From the human T2T-CHM13v2.0 reference genome, Homo sapiens: 64,000 bases of DNA. Each line of letters begins with the position of its first letter. Positions within the stretch are counted from its first letter, which is position 1. The position numbers were made by a program, and so were the translations under genes. The DNA is taken from the NCBI RefSeq assembly GCF_009914755.1, contig NC_060928.1; one strand, given 5' to 3'. Shown in pieces: positions 43,216 through 59,133 of this stretch. Below the pieces are notes generated by a model, which was not told the origin of the DNA, made no database searches, and saw only the letters and a list, made by a program, of their open reading frames with translations.

Positions 43216-43839
43216 GGCTTTTATTAAATTATTTTTTAATTATACACAGTGTGTATTACTCTACGAATAATTTTAGCATATCAAGAACTTTCATAGACTA
43301 TAGGTAAATAAATTTGTTTACAAGAATGATGAATAATGAAAATAAAGAGAAAATAGAGGCGAGAAAATGTGATCATTCTAGGAGTGAAATTCATTCACAC
43401 ATCTCAACTGTAGGGATTATATTGTCTTCAGAAGCCTGCGGGTAATATAAATGTGTGAATCATCTAAGTATAAGAAATAGGCTTATGTTAGGCCAATGAG
43501 GTATAAAGCATATTATTCCCTTAAGAGTATTCTGATTTATCAGGAAAATAACAAACAAACAAGCAAAATTATGCTGGCAAAGTAAATCAGCTGGCCAGAT
43601 TCAAACCAGATATTACCAGTTTGTAAACATACTGCACTTCCAACTATGTCCATGTATGAATTCATATGCATATATGATTATAATGATTAATAATTCATTA
43701 AGTTTAATAAAATATAAATATCAGTCTTAGTGTATTTTAATCTATGAATGACTGATACTAGCAATAATTCTATATGCATGCTGACACTATTGAAATGTTT
43801 ATGAATATGCTTTTATAATAAATTTAATATTGTCCTGTG

Positions 43840-46160
43840 ATTATACTTATTTTTTATTTCTATTTTTGTCTTCCACTCTTTTTCTGCCTTTTGGGAGTTT
43901 TAACTGAATTTTTTATATGATTCCATTTTCTCACCTTCCATAGCATGTGTTAGTTAGACATCTTTTTTTTTCCTTTTTTAAGTGGTTTTCTTAGAGTTTA
44001 CAATCTACATTTACAATTAATCGAAGTCCACTTTCAAAAACACTATGCAATTTCATGGGTAGGGTGACTACCTTATGATAACAAAATAATTCTAATTTTT
44101 CCCTCTCATAATACATACCATTGCTTTAATTCATTTCATTTACATATAAAAATATATAAGCATAAATATGATAATTCTTACTGTGTATGCTTTTAGATAT
44201 ATATGATATAAATAGGCATACATAATCACACGCGTAGTTGCTATTATTATTTTGAATAAATTATTTAAAAGGTCAGTTAAGAATAAGAAAGAATTTTTTC
44301 TACCATTACTTATTCCTTCTATAGTGTTCTTCTTTTTTTTATGTAGGTTCATGTTTCTGACCTCTACTACATTTTCCCTTTTTCTGAACAACTTCTTTTA
44401 ACATTTCTTGCAAGGCAGGATTATTCTCAACTTCTGGAAACAAATAGTCTCAGTTTTTGCTTGTCAGAGAAATCCTGTATTTCTTCTTTGATTTTAGAGG
44501 ACAATCTAACAAGGTATAGAATTCTAGGGTTGTGTGCGTGTGTGGTGTGTGTGTGTGTGTGTTATGAACACGATTTTTTTACTCCACTTGCTTCATGCTT
44601 ATATAATTGCTGAGGAGAAGAAAGATGGAATTATTATCATTGATTCTCTGTAAGTAAAGTTCTTGTTTTTTTCTTTTTTTCTCCTTTGGCGTTTTTGAGA
44701 ATTTTCTCTTTATCTTTGATTTTCTGTTGTTTGAAAATGATATATTAAGGTGTAGATTTTTGGCATTTATTCTACTTGGTGTTCTCTGAACTTCCTGCAT
44801 CTGTGGTTTGGCGTCTGATGTTAATTTGGTGAAACTGTCAGTGATTGTTGTTTCAAATATTTGTTCTATTCTTTTTTTTTTTTTTTTTTGCTTTCTTTCT
44901 TCTTCTGGTATTTCCATGACATGTCGTTCTTCCACAGTCCTTGAATGCACTACTCTTTTCAGTCTTTGTTCTCTTTGCTTTTCATTTTTGATGTTTCTAT
45001 TGATGTATGCTGAAGCTCAGAAACTCTTTGCTCAGCCATGTCCAGTCTACTAATGAGGCCATCAAAGGCATTCTTTGTGTTACAATTTTTTCTATCCGTA
45101 GCATTTCTTGGTTTTTATTAGGATTTCCACCCCTCTGCTTACACTGCCCATCTGTCCTTGGATGGTGTCTACTTTATCCATTAAGACCCTTAGCATATTC
45201 ATCACAGTTGTTTAAAATGACTGGTCTTATAGTTACAACATTCTGGCTGTGTCAGGCTCTAATGCTTACTCTGTCACTTCAAATTGTGTTTTTTGTCATT
45301 GGTTTTTTTTCTTTTTTAAAATATGTCAACATGGTTTACTGAGAGAAAAAAAACTGCCAAAAATACACGTTTTTGTAATGTGTTGGTGAGGTACCAGGGA
45401 AAGGGGGAACATTCTGTAATTCTATAATTCTTCATTAATATCAGTCTTTTAGTGAGCCTGTACCTCTGGATTGTGAACTTCAGAAGTTTTTCTCAAATTT
45501 TTTTTTCTCCCCTCTTAGTTGGGACAGGATGATGGCTAGTGTAGATTGGAAATGGGTATTTTAATTCTCCCAGGCATAAAGTTAGAGGGAACTAGAGTTG
45601 GGTATTTTTACTACAGGTCAGTTAGACTGATTCTGCCCCAGCAAGTAGGGCTCTTATTACATAGTCTCTCCTGAGGTCAGGCCTTAAGAACAGAGTATTT
45701 TGACATATTTCAAAATGGTTCCTTTTCTCTTTCCCCTGCAGAAGCATGAGGGAATTTTTCTCTAATATTTACTGTGGGGATATGGGAACCTGGTGGAGCT
45801 CCTGAAGGTAAATTTCACAACACTGTGGAAGCTGCCTTATGACTCAGTTCCCTGGAGTTTTATCTCTCAGAATTGTTCACACTGAGCCTCCAACAATTCG
45901 TCATTTATAGTTCAAGTTTTTCTGTCCTGGCACTATTTCCTGTGGCTTTTGCTATACCTGAGTTTCTGCCTTTATAAGTTGTGACTTTTCACATATGCCT
46001 TTCTGTGTCTCCAATCTTGGGAGCAGTACTTTTTTGGGGGGTCTTCTTCTCTCTTGCCAATCCAATAAGAATTGTTGATTATTTGTTCTGTTCAGTTTTT
46101 CACTTGTTGTAAAGACAGAGTGGCTAATTCTAAGCTTTTTGGAACTAGAAACCAAAAGTT
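43840..46160 (-). mobile_element. Old L1M (L1M4/L1MC-type) 5' UTR and ORF1 region
   Basis: ORF 44579-44950 has ORF1p-like QMQEVQRTPSRINAK; 5' terminus-like sequence near 46150. Confidence 0.75.
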
Positions 46161-48526
46161 TGATTTCATAATCCACTTGTCTTCTTGCTGAGTATACTCA
46201 TACCCTGAGTCTGGTTCAGGTCCTGATCAGCAAGGAAGAGTTTTCTTACAAGTCATTTGTCACAGTATCAAAGTAAATGCAGATGTTATTACAAATTAGA
46301 TATAATTACATAGAGAATAAGAAAATTGAAGAAAACTTAAAAAAGTCTAATTTGTAATCTCAAAGAGATATAATAAAATATTGTATTTTTCAAAAATTAC
46401 TCTGAAGCTATGGAAAAGGAAACATTTTGGGACAAAAAAAATCAAGCAAGCAACAAACAAATATACAGGTTTAAAAAAAATAGAGAGAGAGGCTTGGAAA
46501 TCAATACCAAGAAGCAGACATAGAAGGAATTATTCCAGGATGAAATGGAATGATTTCATCCCAGAGTAACTTACCCATAGATTTAAAAAAACTATTGATA
46601 GATTATGTTTTTATTGCATTTAGAAGATTTTGTTGTTGCTGTTTCTGACAAAGAGCTTAACCTTGGACCAATATTAAGTAAATGGAAAATAAACAAATGA
46701 GAACTAAAGACAAACATAATATCATAATGTAACAAATGAAAACTAAAAACTAATGTAAGGTGATAATATATCAAGTTATATAAATATCTTAGGCTCAACT
46801 AAGAAATGTATTTACAGGCATAATAATATAAACAATATACATTAAGCTAATCAATTTGTAACTAAACTGTAAAAGAGGAAAATGATAATTGCATGGCAAG
46901 AATAATATAAAAGGACATATGAAAAGTTATACATTTCTATAGTAGAGAAGTTGATATTGTATATCAAAAACTTAAATAATTATTTGTATAAACCATTTAC
47001 ATATAGCATGGAGAGAAATATAAGAAAAAAATTCTTAAAACAGTTGTATGCAGTTGCTTCTGGGGAATAGGAATCAGAGTTGGACAGTAAGGAAAGGGAA
47101 ATGATTTTTTTATTGTAAAATTTTAGGATAAATTGTATTTTATAATTATGTACATATATGTATATATGCATATTTGATTAAGTAAAATATAAATTAAAAT
47201 GAGAGACTTCCATGTGTACCTACTGCCTACCAGAGCTTCAAAGTTGCCAACTACATCCTCAGCTGAACAAACTAAAAATCAATACGTCTTATTAGATCCA
47301 TCTGAGACTTGAGTTTATATGACAAATTGGCTGAAGTGATATGTTCTCATTAGCAACAGCCTTCCCTCAAGGGAAACTCAGAGCCTAACTAATTTGGGTT
47401 TTGCCAGAATTTAATGAACATGGGAGAAGGAAAACACCCAACTGCAGCCTTCTCTAGGTTTCTTGTTCTACCTAAGTGGGTGGGTGATAAGTCCTTGGAA
47501 GATCTTAGCCTAGACACACAGGCTTACTAAAACACAGAGACCTAATCATAGAACTATGGAATGCTTCTCATTCCCCTACATCATACTAACACATCAAAAG
47601 TTCTCCTATTTAATAACAGGGAATTACAATTAAAATAACTGCAAAGTAACTGCATCGCTCAGATCCTTTTTAAGAAGAAATTTCTAGAGAAATTCAAACA
47701 ACAGAGGAGGCAAAAACAACAGGAAGAAGAAATTTGGGGCACTGACACCACAGCTACAGAAAAAAGTAAATGCAGCCTAACTCCTAGCCAAATAAACATA
47801 GAAGCTTACATCAAAGGACTATTATCTTGGTTTTTTAAAAAATATTATTTTCAGTTTTAAAAACAAATAACAAGCTGTGCTAAAAGGCACAACACATTCT
47901 GAAATCACAAAGCAACCCTTAGAATCAGACTGAGATATGGCAGGTATTTTGAAGATATCAGACTGGGAATTGAAAACAACTATGATTACTATGCTAAGAA
48001 CTCTTAATGAAAAAAGTGGACAACATGCAAGAGCATATGAGTAATAGATTCAGAGTGATAAAAATTCTAAAGAAAAAATTAAAAGGAAACTATAGAAGGT
48101 TTTAAAAATACATTGTAACAGAAATGAAGAAATCCCTTATTAATGGCTCATTAGTAGACTGAACATAGCTGAGTTAAGAAGCAGTAAGCAAGATAATACG
48201 CAGTAGATATTCCCCAAACTAACAATGTAAAGACAAAAATAATAATTAAGATAAATCAACCTAGAATAGAATAACCAAGAGCTGTGAAACAATTACAAAA
48301 GTATAACTACTTGTGATAGGTATAGCAAAAGAGAAGAAAGAGAATTTCCAGAAGAACATATGAAATAATAATGGCTAATAATTTTCAAAAATTGATGACA
48401 AAGCACAGATCCAGGAAGTTTAGAGAACAAGCATGATAAATCAACAACAACAACAAGCACATTTAGGCATATTATATGCAAACTGCAAAAAAAAAAGAAA
48501 AGTCATAAACATAAAAATATTAACTA

Positions 48527-48860
48527 TAGTCATGCATTGCTTAATGATGGGAATACATTCTGGGAAATGTGTCAGTAGCAATTTTCTTGTGTAAACATCA
48601 AAGTGTGTACTCACACAAACCTAGATGGCATAGACTACTACAAACCTATGCTATACAGTGTAGTCTTTTGCTCCTAGGCAGTCCTGTAAGGCATGTTAGT
48701 GTACTGAGTACTATAGGAACTTTAACAAAATGGTATTTGTGTATCTAAACATATCTATGTATAGAAAAGATACAGTAAAAATACAGTATTATAATCTTAT
48801 GGAAACACTATTATGGATGTGGTCTGTCATTGACCAAAACAATTATGTGGCACAAAACCA
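48527..48860. mobile_element. Tigger3a (MER7A) DNA transposon
   Basis: tagtcatgcattgcttaatgatggg...cacacaaacctagatggcatag...cagtattataatcttatgg...tgaccaaaac; preceded by TA. Confidence 0.88.
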
Positions 48861-48954
48861 CACATCAAGTACTTTTTGTGTGTGTGTCAATGGCCTAAAT
48901 ACCCAAATTAAAAGACAGAGTCTATTACAATGGTTACAAAAGCAATACTATCTA

Positions 48955-49362
<408 letters not shown>

Positions 49363-50235
49363 TTATTCAGACAAAAGCAGGACCCAATCAAAATCCCAGA
49401 ATGTTATTCATGGGATGTTGACAAACTGATTCTAAAATTTATATGTAAAGCCAATAATAAAAAGAACAAATCTGGAGAACTGACATTACTAAACTTCAAG
49501 ACATACTATAAAGCTACAGTAATCAAGACAGTGTAGTACTGGCAAAAGAATAGTTAAATAGATCAATGAAACAGAACAGAGAACCCAGAAATAATGTACT
49601 CATGCAAATATAATTAACTAATCTTTGACAAAGGAACCAGGGCAATCAAATGAAGGAATGACAGCCTTTTCAATAAATATTACTGAAACAAGTGGATTCA
49701 CATGTTAAAGAACGAATCTGCATACTGACTTTATGGCTTTTTTAAAAAAATTAACTCAAACTAATTTATATACCTAATTGTACGATGAAAAGGTATAAAC
49801 ATTTAAGAAGACAATGTAGGAGACAATCTAGGTGACCCTGTGTTTGGCAATGAGGTTTAGAAACAACACCAAAAGTATATTTTTTTTAATTGGCAAATTG
49901 GCCTCAGTTAAAATTTAAACTTCTGCTCTGTAAAAGACACTGTGAAGAGAATGTTTTTCTAAAAAAATAAAAAAAATACACTCGCATACCAGGAAAAAAT
50001 ATTTGCAAAATATCTGATAAAGGACATATATCCAAATATAAAAAAATCCCTTAAAACTCAACAGCAAAATTACAAACAACCCAATTTAAAAGTCAAAAAA
50101 AAATTGAAAAGACACCTTACCAAAAAAGATATGTAAATGGCAAATAGCATATGAAAAAATGCTTAATGTCAAATGTCATTAGGAAATTGCAAATTAAAAT
50201 AACAAGGAAATTCCACTTACACATCTAGTAGGTAG

Positions 50236-50543
<308 letters not shown>

Positions 50544-51149
50544 TAGAAATTTTTTAATTCAAAACCTGGGCAAAACCAAATCTTGGCAAAGATGTGCAGC
50601 AAGGATGTGGAGCAAGGATGTAAAGCAACATTCATTGCTGGTGAAAATGGAAAATGGTACAGCCACTGTGTAAAATTGTTTAGCAGTTTCTTAGAAAGTT
50701 AAACATAGTCCAGCAATCGCTGTCTTAGATATTTACCCAAATAAGTTGAAAACTTATGATCACACAAAGCCCCATATATAAACGTTTATGGCAGTTTCAC
50801 TTATAATTGACCAAACTTGGAGGCAACAAAGATGATCTGCAACAAGTAAATGGATAAACAATAAGTAGTACGTCTATGCAATGGAATATTAGCCTGCTGT
50901 ACAAATGAATGAGCTATCAAGACACAGAAATTCATGAAGGAGCTTTAAATTCATACTGTTAAGTGAAAGAGGCCAGTCTGCAGTCTATGTGCTACGTGGT
51001 TCCAAGTATATGACATACTGGAAAAGAAAAAACTGTAGAGACACCAAAAACATCTGTGGTGGCCACAAGGAAAGGAGAGGGATGAATAGGTATAGGGGAT
51101 ATTTAGGGCAGATGAATCTACTTTGTCTGATGATATAATGGTGGATACA

Positions 51150-51480
51150 GGCCAGGCACGGTGGCTCCCGCCTGTAATCCTCCCAGCACTTTGGGAGGCC
51201 AAAGCGGGTGGATCACCTGAGATCAGGAGTTCAAGACCAGCCTGACCAACATGGTGAAACCCATCTCTACTAAAAATACAAAAATTAGTTGGACCCATGC
51301 CTATGGGTCTGGTGGGCTCATGTAATCCCAGCTACGCGGGAAGACGAGGTAGGAGAATCACTTGAACCTGGGAGGCAGAGGTTGCAGTAAGCCTAGATTG
51401 CACCATGGACTCCAGCCTGGGCGACAGAGTGAGACTCCATCTCAAAAATAAATAAACAAATAAAAATAAATAAACAAAGC
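51150..51480 (+). mobile_element. AluS SINE with rearranged right-arm start
   Basis: TSD gtggataca at 51141 and 51481; non-consensus insert at 51292-51309. Confidence 0.93.
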
Positions 51481-52408
51481 GTGGATACATTACATTATGC
51501 TTTGGTCACAACCCATACACCAGTAAAACCCAAATAGTAAACCCTAGTGCAAATTACAGACTTCAACTAGTAACAATATTGGTCCATTAGTTATAACAAA
51601 TGTGCCACACTAATGAACAATATTAATAGGGAAAACTATGTGCTGGTTGAAGTTGGGAATAGGAAAACTCTACTTTCAGCTCAATTTTCCTGTAAACCTC
51701 CTAAAACTTCTCTAAAAAATACCGTTTATCATTTTTTAAACTGACTTTACATGCACTACACCAGTTGATAATTAAAATCAACCTATAACAAAAATCTAGG
51801 GTAGGAATTATTATTACTCAACAAATTATTCAGACTACCAGTTGGCACATTACTAAGAGGCTTCAAAATCAGGCAGAATAGTGACACTTGGAATGAGTAA
51901 GAATATATTCAACATATTCAGTTGTTTAATGACATGGAAAAGTGAATATTTTGAGAAAATTATGTTATATAGTTATGATGAAAGGTAGAATTACAAAGAA
52001 CATCCTGGTTTATGTTAAATGTTGCAGAAATGAATGCTAGGAGTCAAACTTTGACATGCCAGAAGAGGCACAGAGAAAAATAACAATCCATATAATAATC
52101 CATTACATTATATTTTTTACCTTAAAATTACTTTAGATGTAATTTATCTTCTGTCACATCCTAGGCACACTTGAAGACTAAGGAGGAGAAATAATTAGAA
52201 TTTTGTCTGGTTCACTGGCAAAGTTGAGAGATGCAACTCTTAATTTGAGAAGAAAAGCTATTTTTATTCAGGATTCTAATGAATGGATGTAGACATTCAT
52301 CTGAAATCTTAGTTAAGTGCCCAAGTTGAAATATATGTATAGGAAGATGTGTTTATAATCAACTGTCAAGTAAAAGATGGTGACAGAAAACACAATAATT
52401 ATCCTACA

Positions 52409-52410
<2 letters not shown>

Positions 52411-52467
<57 letters not shown>

Positions 52468-52476
52468 TACACACAT
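52411..52476. repeat. (AT)n(AC)n compound microsatellite
   Basis: About 22 AT units followed by AC units. Confidence 0.97.
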
Positions 52477-55400
52477 AAAAAACTACAGGATATATTCAAG
52501 AAAGAGAGGAAAAGAATTGTGGGATAAGTTCTAAGCCTTTTATAACACTCATTGGCAAGGCTAGAAAAAGAACTAATAAAATGAAGAAATAAATATTAGG
52601 CCAAAATACAAGAAGGAGGGGTTGGGGGTTGGGCAGCTTTCCAAGGTAGTAAGGATGGCGGCGTCATACACTCTAAGTCTTTACATTGAAGGCAGGGAAT
52701 TAGGACAGCTTAAGGGAAGTATCTAAATAGATGTGGAAAATTTATTTTCTGCCGCCATCTTTTCTGCACTCTCTCATTTTATTAATCTGCTTTCTCCACG
52801 TGTTTAGTTTTCATCTAGAAGAGTGCTTCTTGGCAAAATGTTCTCTGCCTTTTTTTATAAGGTATGAGGTAATGCTGTTGCTGCTGGTTTAAACAACAAT
52901 TTGTAAATCAAATTTTTAGATATCACCACTTCAAATCTCTCCTCCGTGATTTCCAATTATAAAATTATTCTTACTCCTTTCCCTCTTTTTATCAATATTT
53001 TATTTTATTAAATGATGGAAAAATACATTATGGGATTCCTTCAAAATTCTGAGACAAGGAGTTTAATTTAAAACATGTAAAAAAAGATTTGCTTTTTCTC
53101 CAATTATTTTAGGGATGCTATATCAATTCACATCCAAGATGCTATTAGACAAAGTAAAATGGAGTCCCATATATACGATTATTTTTTAAAATATGAGCAT
53201 GCGTTAGTGGCTTTGTGCTTTTGATGGATCCAAATGACAGATCCATGGACTCATAAAGTTTTTTTTTCTTTTTTTAGTGTGGATGAATATTTTTCTAACT
53301 GTTTTACCTAATAACAAGAAGGCATCACATGTCACCTTTGCTTCCTAATGAGTTCTTGAAAATCATGATGGCAGTTATCTTTTCACCCAAAGAATCAAAT
53401 AGCTGTCATTCTACACTAAATTACTTCCAATCTTCTGAAACTAGAGAACTAAAACACTATTTTGTTTTTCTCTATCATTTTAATGTATTACAAAATATTA
53501 TTACATAATTGAATTGAATATTAAATAGAAGTTTTTAACTTATACAGATATTCCTCATCTGTAATAAGGATTGCACATTATTTCTACAATTATGATAATC
53601 CCACTGACTCCCTGGGATTATATTTCAGAAGCATTTACAATGTTCAGAAAGCTGGAAGTAGGCAAATAATTATAGCACTATTTATATCAAAGTTATGTTG
53701 GCTTATAACAAAAAACTTATCAAATATAATTGACATGTTTTTCAGAAAAGTCTATGGGATGTATTTCTGAAACAAAGTTTGTATTCAATATTCAAGCAGT
53801 TTTCTTTCTTAGTAGACACAAGTATGGAGGGACAGAGAAATGGAACCTATGTAGAGCAGTCAATTGTTCTGGGAGAGTTCCATAAATAACTAACATACAA
53901 TCGTTTCCAAAAGCCAGCACCATAAGGGGTTTGGAAGGCCCCAGCTCATAGATCCCTGTGTCCAGTTTTTATGGAGCAAACCAGTCACTATTGCCCAAGG
54001 ATTTACCTGGATTTACGTGGATGGCTTTTTCACCTAAAATCCAAGTAAGATTCCAGGCTTGACTTCAAACCCAAAACAGAAATTGATGTAGGGTAAAAAA
54101 TTAGGTCAATTTCCTCAGTTGCACAAGTGAATAAGCGAAGTTTTAATAATGCTTTAGTCTCATAACTAAACACTTTTCCAAATGATTAAAAAATGCTGTT
54201 TATAGAAAAATAATATTAACTGTTGCCATCTATGTTTAATTTTTAACTTTTTTTAACCACATTTATAATCAATAGTTCGGATTAACTTTGTTGTGAATTT
54301 TATTTGAGTTTCTTTCTGAAACTTTTTTAAGAAGTTTGTGACTTCTTAATTTGTGACTCATGCCCTATGCTTTTATACTTATATCCTAAACAATTGTTTA
54401 GGATTAATAAATATGTAGAGTATGAGTTCATCAGTTCCTTACGTGTTCTAATAATAGGAATTTTGATATTAGGTTGCAAAAATTTTGGATAGATGAATCA
54501 CTAATTGTGGAATGGGTAGACAAGTAACTTTTATTAAAAATTGCTAGGAAAAACTCATTGAAAGCAATCAAATATTGCTGTACTTGAGAGCAGTTCAAGA
54601 TCTTTGTGAAATAATTTTGTACATATTAATATTCAATTATGTATTTGGTCATTATATTTACATAGAAATTCAGAGGAAAGTTATAAGTTTGGAATAATAT
54701 GCTCTATATGTTTTACGTTGTTGTGCTTTTGACTCTAGTTTAAAAGGATGAACTTATACTTATCTTCACAGCAGCAGCCTTTTTATGGTAATACTGAGGA
54801 TAGAAAAACTTCCTAGCATTTACATGCCATGTAAAATAATTAACAGTATATGCAATAGATTTGCATTTATTACTGTTTTTGTGTTTTAACAGATAATTTA
54901 GCATGCATTGTATTTGGCATATACTCCAATGCATGTAAGAATATTTTCTTCAGCTGACAGGTACTGAGTGAAGACAATGAGCGCATGTTAACTCCATCAT
55001 CCTAGCAAACTCTGTAATGATTCCTCGTGGGATATGTTAAAGTATGCTAAAATAAGTTATTATAAGTCAAAATGTCTTTGGGCAAAAATAAATTGCTTCC
55101 AGAGCCATTAAAGCTGCTGAGTAAGGTATTTAACTTATCAAAAATTATTCTCTATTTTACACGTCTTTTCTTAATTCATTTAAATTTTTATTGCAACTGA
55201 TATTTTTTCATGTAAATTGCAATAAACTTACTAATAAGCTTTACTCACAGTTATATTAGATTTTATTTATTTATTTTTAAACGTATCAAAGTTATATTAT
55301 GCTCGTTGATTTGGAGCCCTTAAGGAAAAGGTATTTATGAAATATAAAAATATTGAAATAATGAAATATACAACATTATTATGGAACTGACAAATAATGA

Positions 55401-56794
55401 GTAGGAATTAGACACAAGGCAAAGAACTGGACCAAAGAGTGTTACATGGGTGAACAGTCACAATAATTCCTCCACTTTATTGAGCTCCTTGTATCTGCTA
55501 GTAATGAATATTTTCTTTATTACCTTCAACAATATATTATATTGATCCACTCTTATAGCACCATTTTCCTTTCATTCGCCATTATTTGTTATTTGCACCT
55601 TTTTGACAATTTGCCAAAAGTCAAAAAACTCTTAAGTTAGGATTTGTATTCCCATCTAAAAAGCCACTTATTCAGAGTGAATAATTTTGATTGAAGAAGT
55701 GGCAAACATCTGCTATATTCTGGGTAAGCTCACTTCAGTGGACCATAAATATGAAGTGTCATGGGAGATAATGCCACAGACAGGGAAGCAATGAGTTGCG
55801 TCCCATTTAGCCTCAGGGAAAGGTGTATCATACCAAGATAATTTGGGAATGCACAAATTTATCACTCTTGTGATTTTAATTAATTATTTTAACAAATTAA
55901 TGTTCATATATTTGTCAAATGTTCTGTTGGTCATTTGAAACATCTACATACAGTTTGGAAGTATCATTGAGTGAGCATTACCTCTGACCTAGGCAAAGAT
56001 GAAAACTACTTTCAGTCTCTCCTAGGAATTTAGTAGGAGGAAATAAAGATGGGCATAAAAATAACAAAAGGGCAAATTAGATTCTGTTGATCGTTGTAAT
56101 ATAAGCGCTGATAATAAAGTTAAAAGCAGAGAAAGGAAATATTATTTGCATGAAAGAGGAGAGAATGGATTGAGATTAGGATAGATCCTGAAATTGGACA
56201 TTTAGGTTAGGCTTTTAACAATGTTAGAATTAAACACCTTATGTACAAAGGTAGTACAACAATGTAGTTTCATAATAAATTTATGAAATAGTAAGTTTTA
56301 GAAATTTTAACTATATTTATTTTTATGTAGTATATGGCTTAGATAATACCAGTGTGAGTTTTTATTAGTTGTAAACATTTTGTGTCTATTATATGCTAAT
56401 TACTATACATATTAAGAACAATGGATATAACAATAAATTTAGCAAATATAATATTAACCTTTAATGAACCTAGTGGGGGAAATAAAAACCATTAAAGTAA
56501 TTACAGAGTATATGTAAATGAAAAAGTGGAAGTAGGATGTCTTGAGGATACAAAACGACATTTGACCTTAACTGCTTGTCAAGAAAGCCTTCCTGAAGAA
56601 TAGCATCTAAGAAGAACTGTAAAGCGTGAACAGGAGTTGGTGTGTTAGAACCCTGAGGAGGGAGGTTTCCAGACTGAGGAGACAGTGAATTTATAGTAAC
56701 AGAGTCTAAAGAGAAAACTTTATGTTCAAGAAAACAAAAGTCCACAACTGTCAGAAGTGTGACAAAACAGGAGTGAAGAGTGAAGATAAAATCA

Positions 56795-57633
<839 letters not shown>

Positions 57634-58164
57634 GATAAATACACAAAATTGCTTGATAAAATAAACAAAAATATTTATTTTAACCTGAAGAAACTAGTGT
57701 TTTTCAGGTTTGTAGATAATAAAAAGACATGATGACATTTGCATTACAAATTATGGTGTCTTCATCATGGAGAATAAGTTTTGTTATGGCTATGTGAACT
57801 TAAAGAAATGGATATTCTCTAATTGTTGACTGTAAAAATTGTGTGTGTGTGTATGTGTGTGTGCTCGGGTGAGTGCCCTCCTGCACACGCTCATGTATTC
57901 ACTCAATTAAATATGCTAATTTTGGTTTTCAAATCTTCTGGGTTCATACTATTATTTTAAATTCTTCAATTATTAGTTTTATAGAGTAGTGGTTAATTCT
58001 TCCCCATTTTATATAGTAACTTCCTTAAAAACCGAGTATAGTAGTGTTTTTTCTTTAAATAGTAATTTAACTTAATGTAGCTACCCTGGTGGCTCTCTTT
58101 CAGTAAGTACTTGCCTGGTGTAAAATATCCACCATGTTCTCTCTCAAAATGTTCTCATGAATAC

Positions 58165-58229
58165 AAAGTACTATAAAATACTTGATTTCATGGTACTATA
58201 AAGTACTATAAAAATACTTGATTTTGGTA
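58165..58229. repeat. ~35-bp tandem duplication
   Basis: aaagtactataaaa(a)tacttgattt..tggta x2. Confidence 0.8.
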
Positions 58230-58976
58230 GCTTTTTTTGCCACTAAATCTAGTTATTTTTTGTTTTTCTTGTTTGTTCTTATATCCTTTTTTCCTATTTC
58301 CCTGCCTTTGTAAAATTGAAGATTTTTATGATTCCATTTTCTCTCTATTACTGGCTTACTAGTACATTTTTCTGTAAATTTTAGTTGTCATTTTAGGGTT
58401 TATTATATAATTTTTTAATGTATCATGTTATACTTTCAAATAATTTCAAATAATAAATGCTGACTCCCTTTTGGGATGTAGGTGTGAGTTCTTCAGAGGC
58501 TACCAAAGAACATTAACTGTCTCGGGATACACTCTTTGCTTTTAGCCTCCTAAATTATTGGTCAGAAAACAGGTAATTATTTCTGAGGTCTTGCACCACA
58601 GGCAGGCTGCACCTTTTTATCAGGTACTGATCAAGATTGCCCAAGTCTCTTTACTTCTTCAAGTTCCAATTGGTACACAGAAAATGTATAGCATATGCCA
58701 CATTGTGCAATGTATGCCAAACATTGTTAGCACAGGCTACCTACTTCTGCCCTTTCTTCATCCTGACATCTATGGCTCCCCCAAGCAGTATCCTCTGCAC
58801 AGAATTCTCAAGATGAGATCCAGACAGCAGAGAGCAGATAACATGAATGCATGTTATCATGTGTACAAACCGTGGAATGTACTTCTCAAGCTCTTTGTGA
58901 ACTCTCAACTTCATGTTGACAATAGCTCTGAGGTGGGCTTAGGACTTCCTGCTACTCAGCAAGTGTCCAGATGGGG

Positions 58977-59133
58977 GAATCCACCACAGTCTCCATTTCT
59001 TGTAGATTTAAGACTTAACACTAGGTCTCTAGTAGCTGCTCTCTCTTTCCTTAAAGAATCCACCAGAGTCTCCATTTCTTGCAGACTTAGACTTATCACT
59101 TGGTCTCTTGAAGCTGCTCTCTCTTTTCTTAAG
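58977..59133. repeat. 79-bp tandem duplication
   Basis: gaatccacca(c/g)agtctccatttcttg(t/c)aga...agctgctctctcttt(c/t)cttaa at 58977 and 59056. Confidence 0.9.

Noticed and set aside
46000-47330. Two related L1M 5' ends facing outward as a possible bidirectional promoter
   Set aside because: Highly decayed and CpG-depleted; best explained by independent old insertions
50590-50630. 13-bp triplication (gatgtggagcaag) in L1, and a similar ~21-bp duplication at 11436-11470
   Set aside because: Ordinary slippage within dead L1 copies
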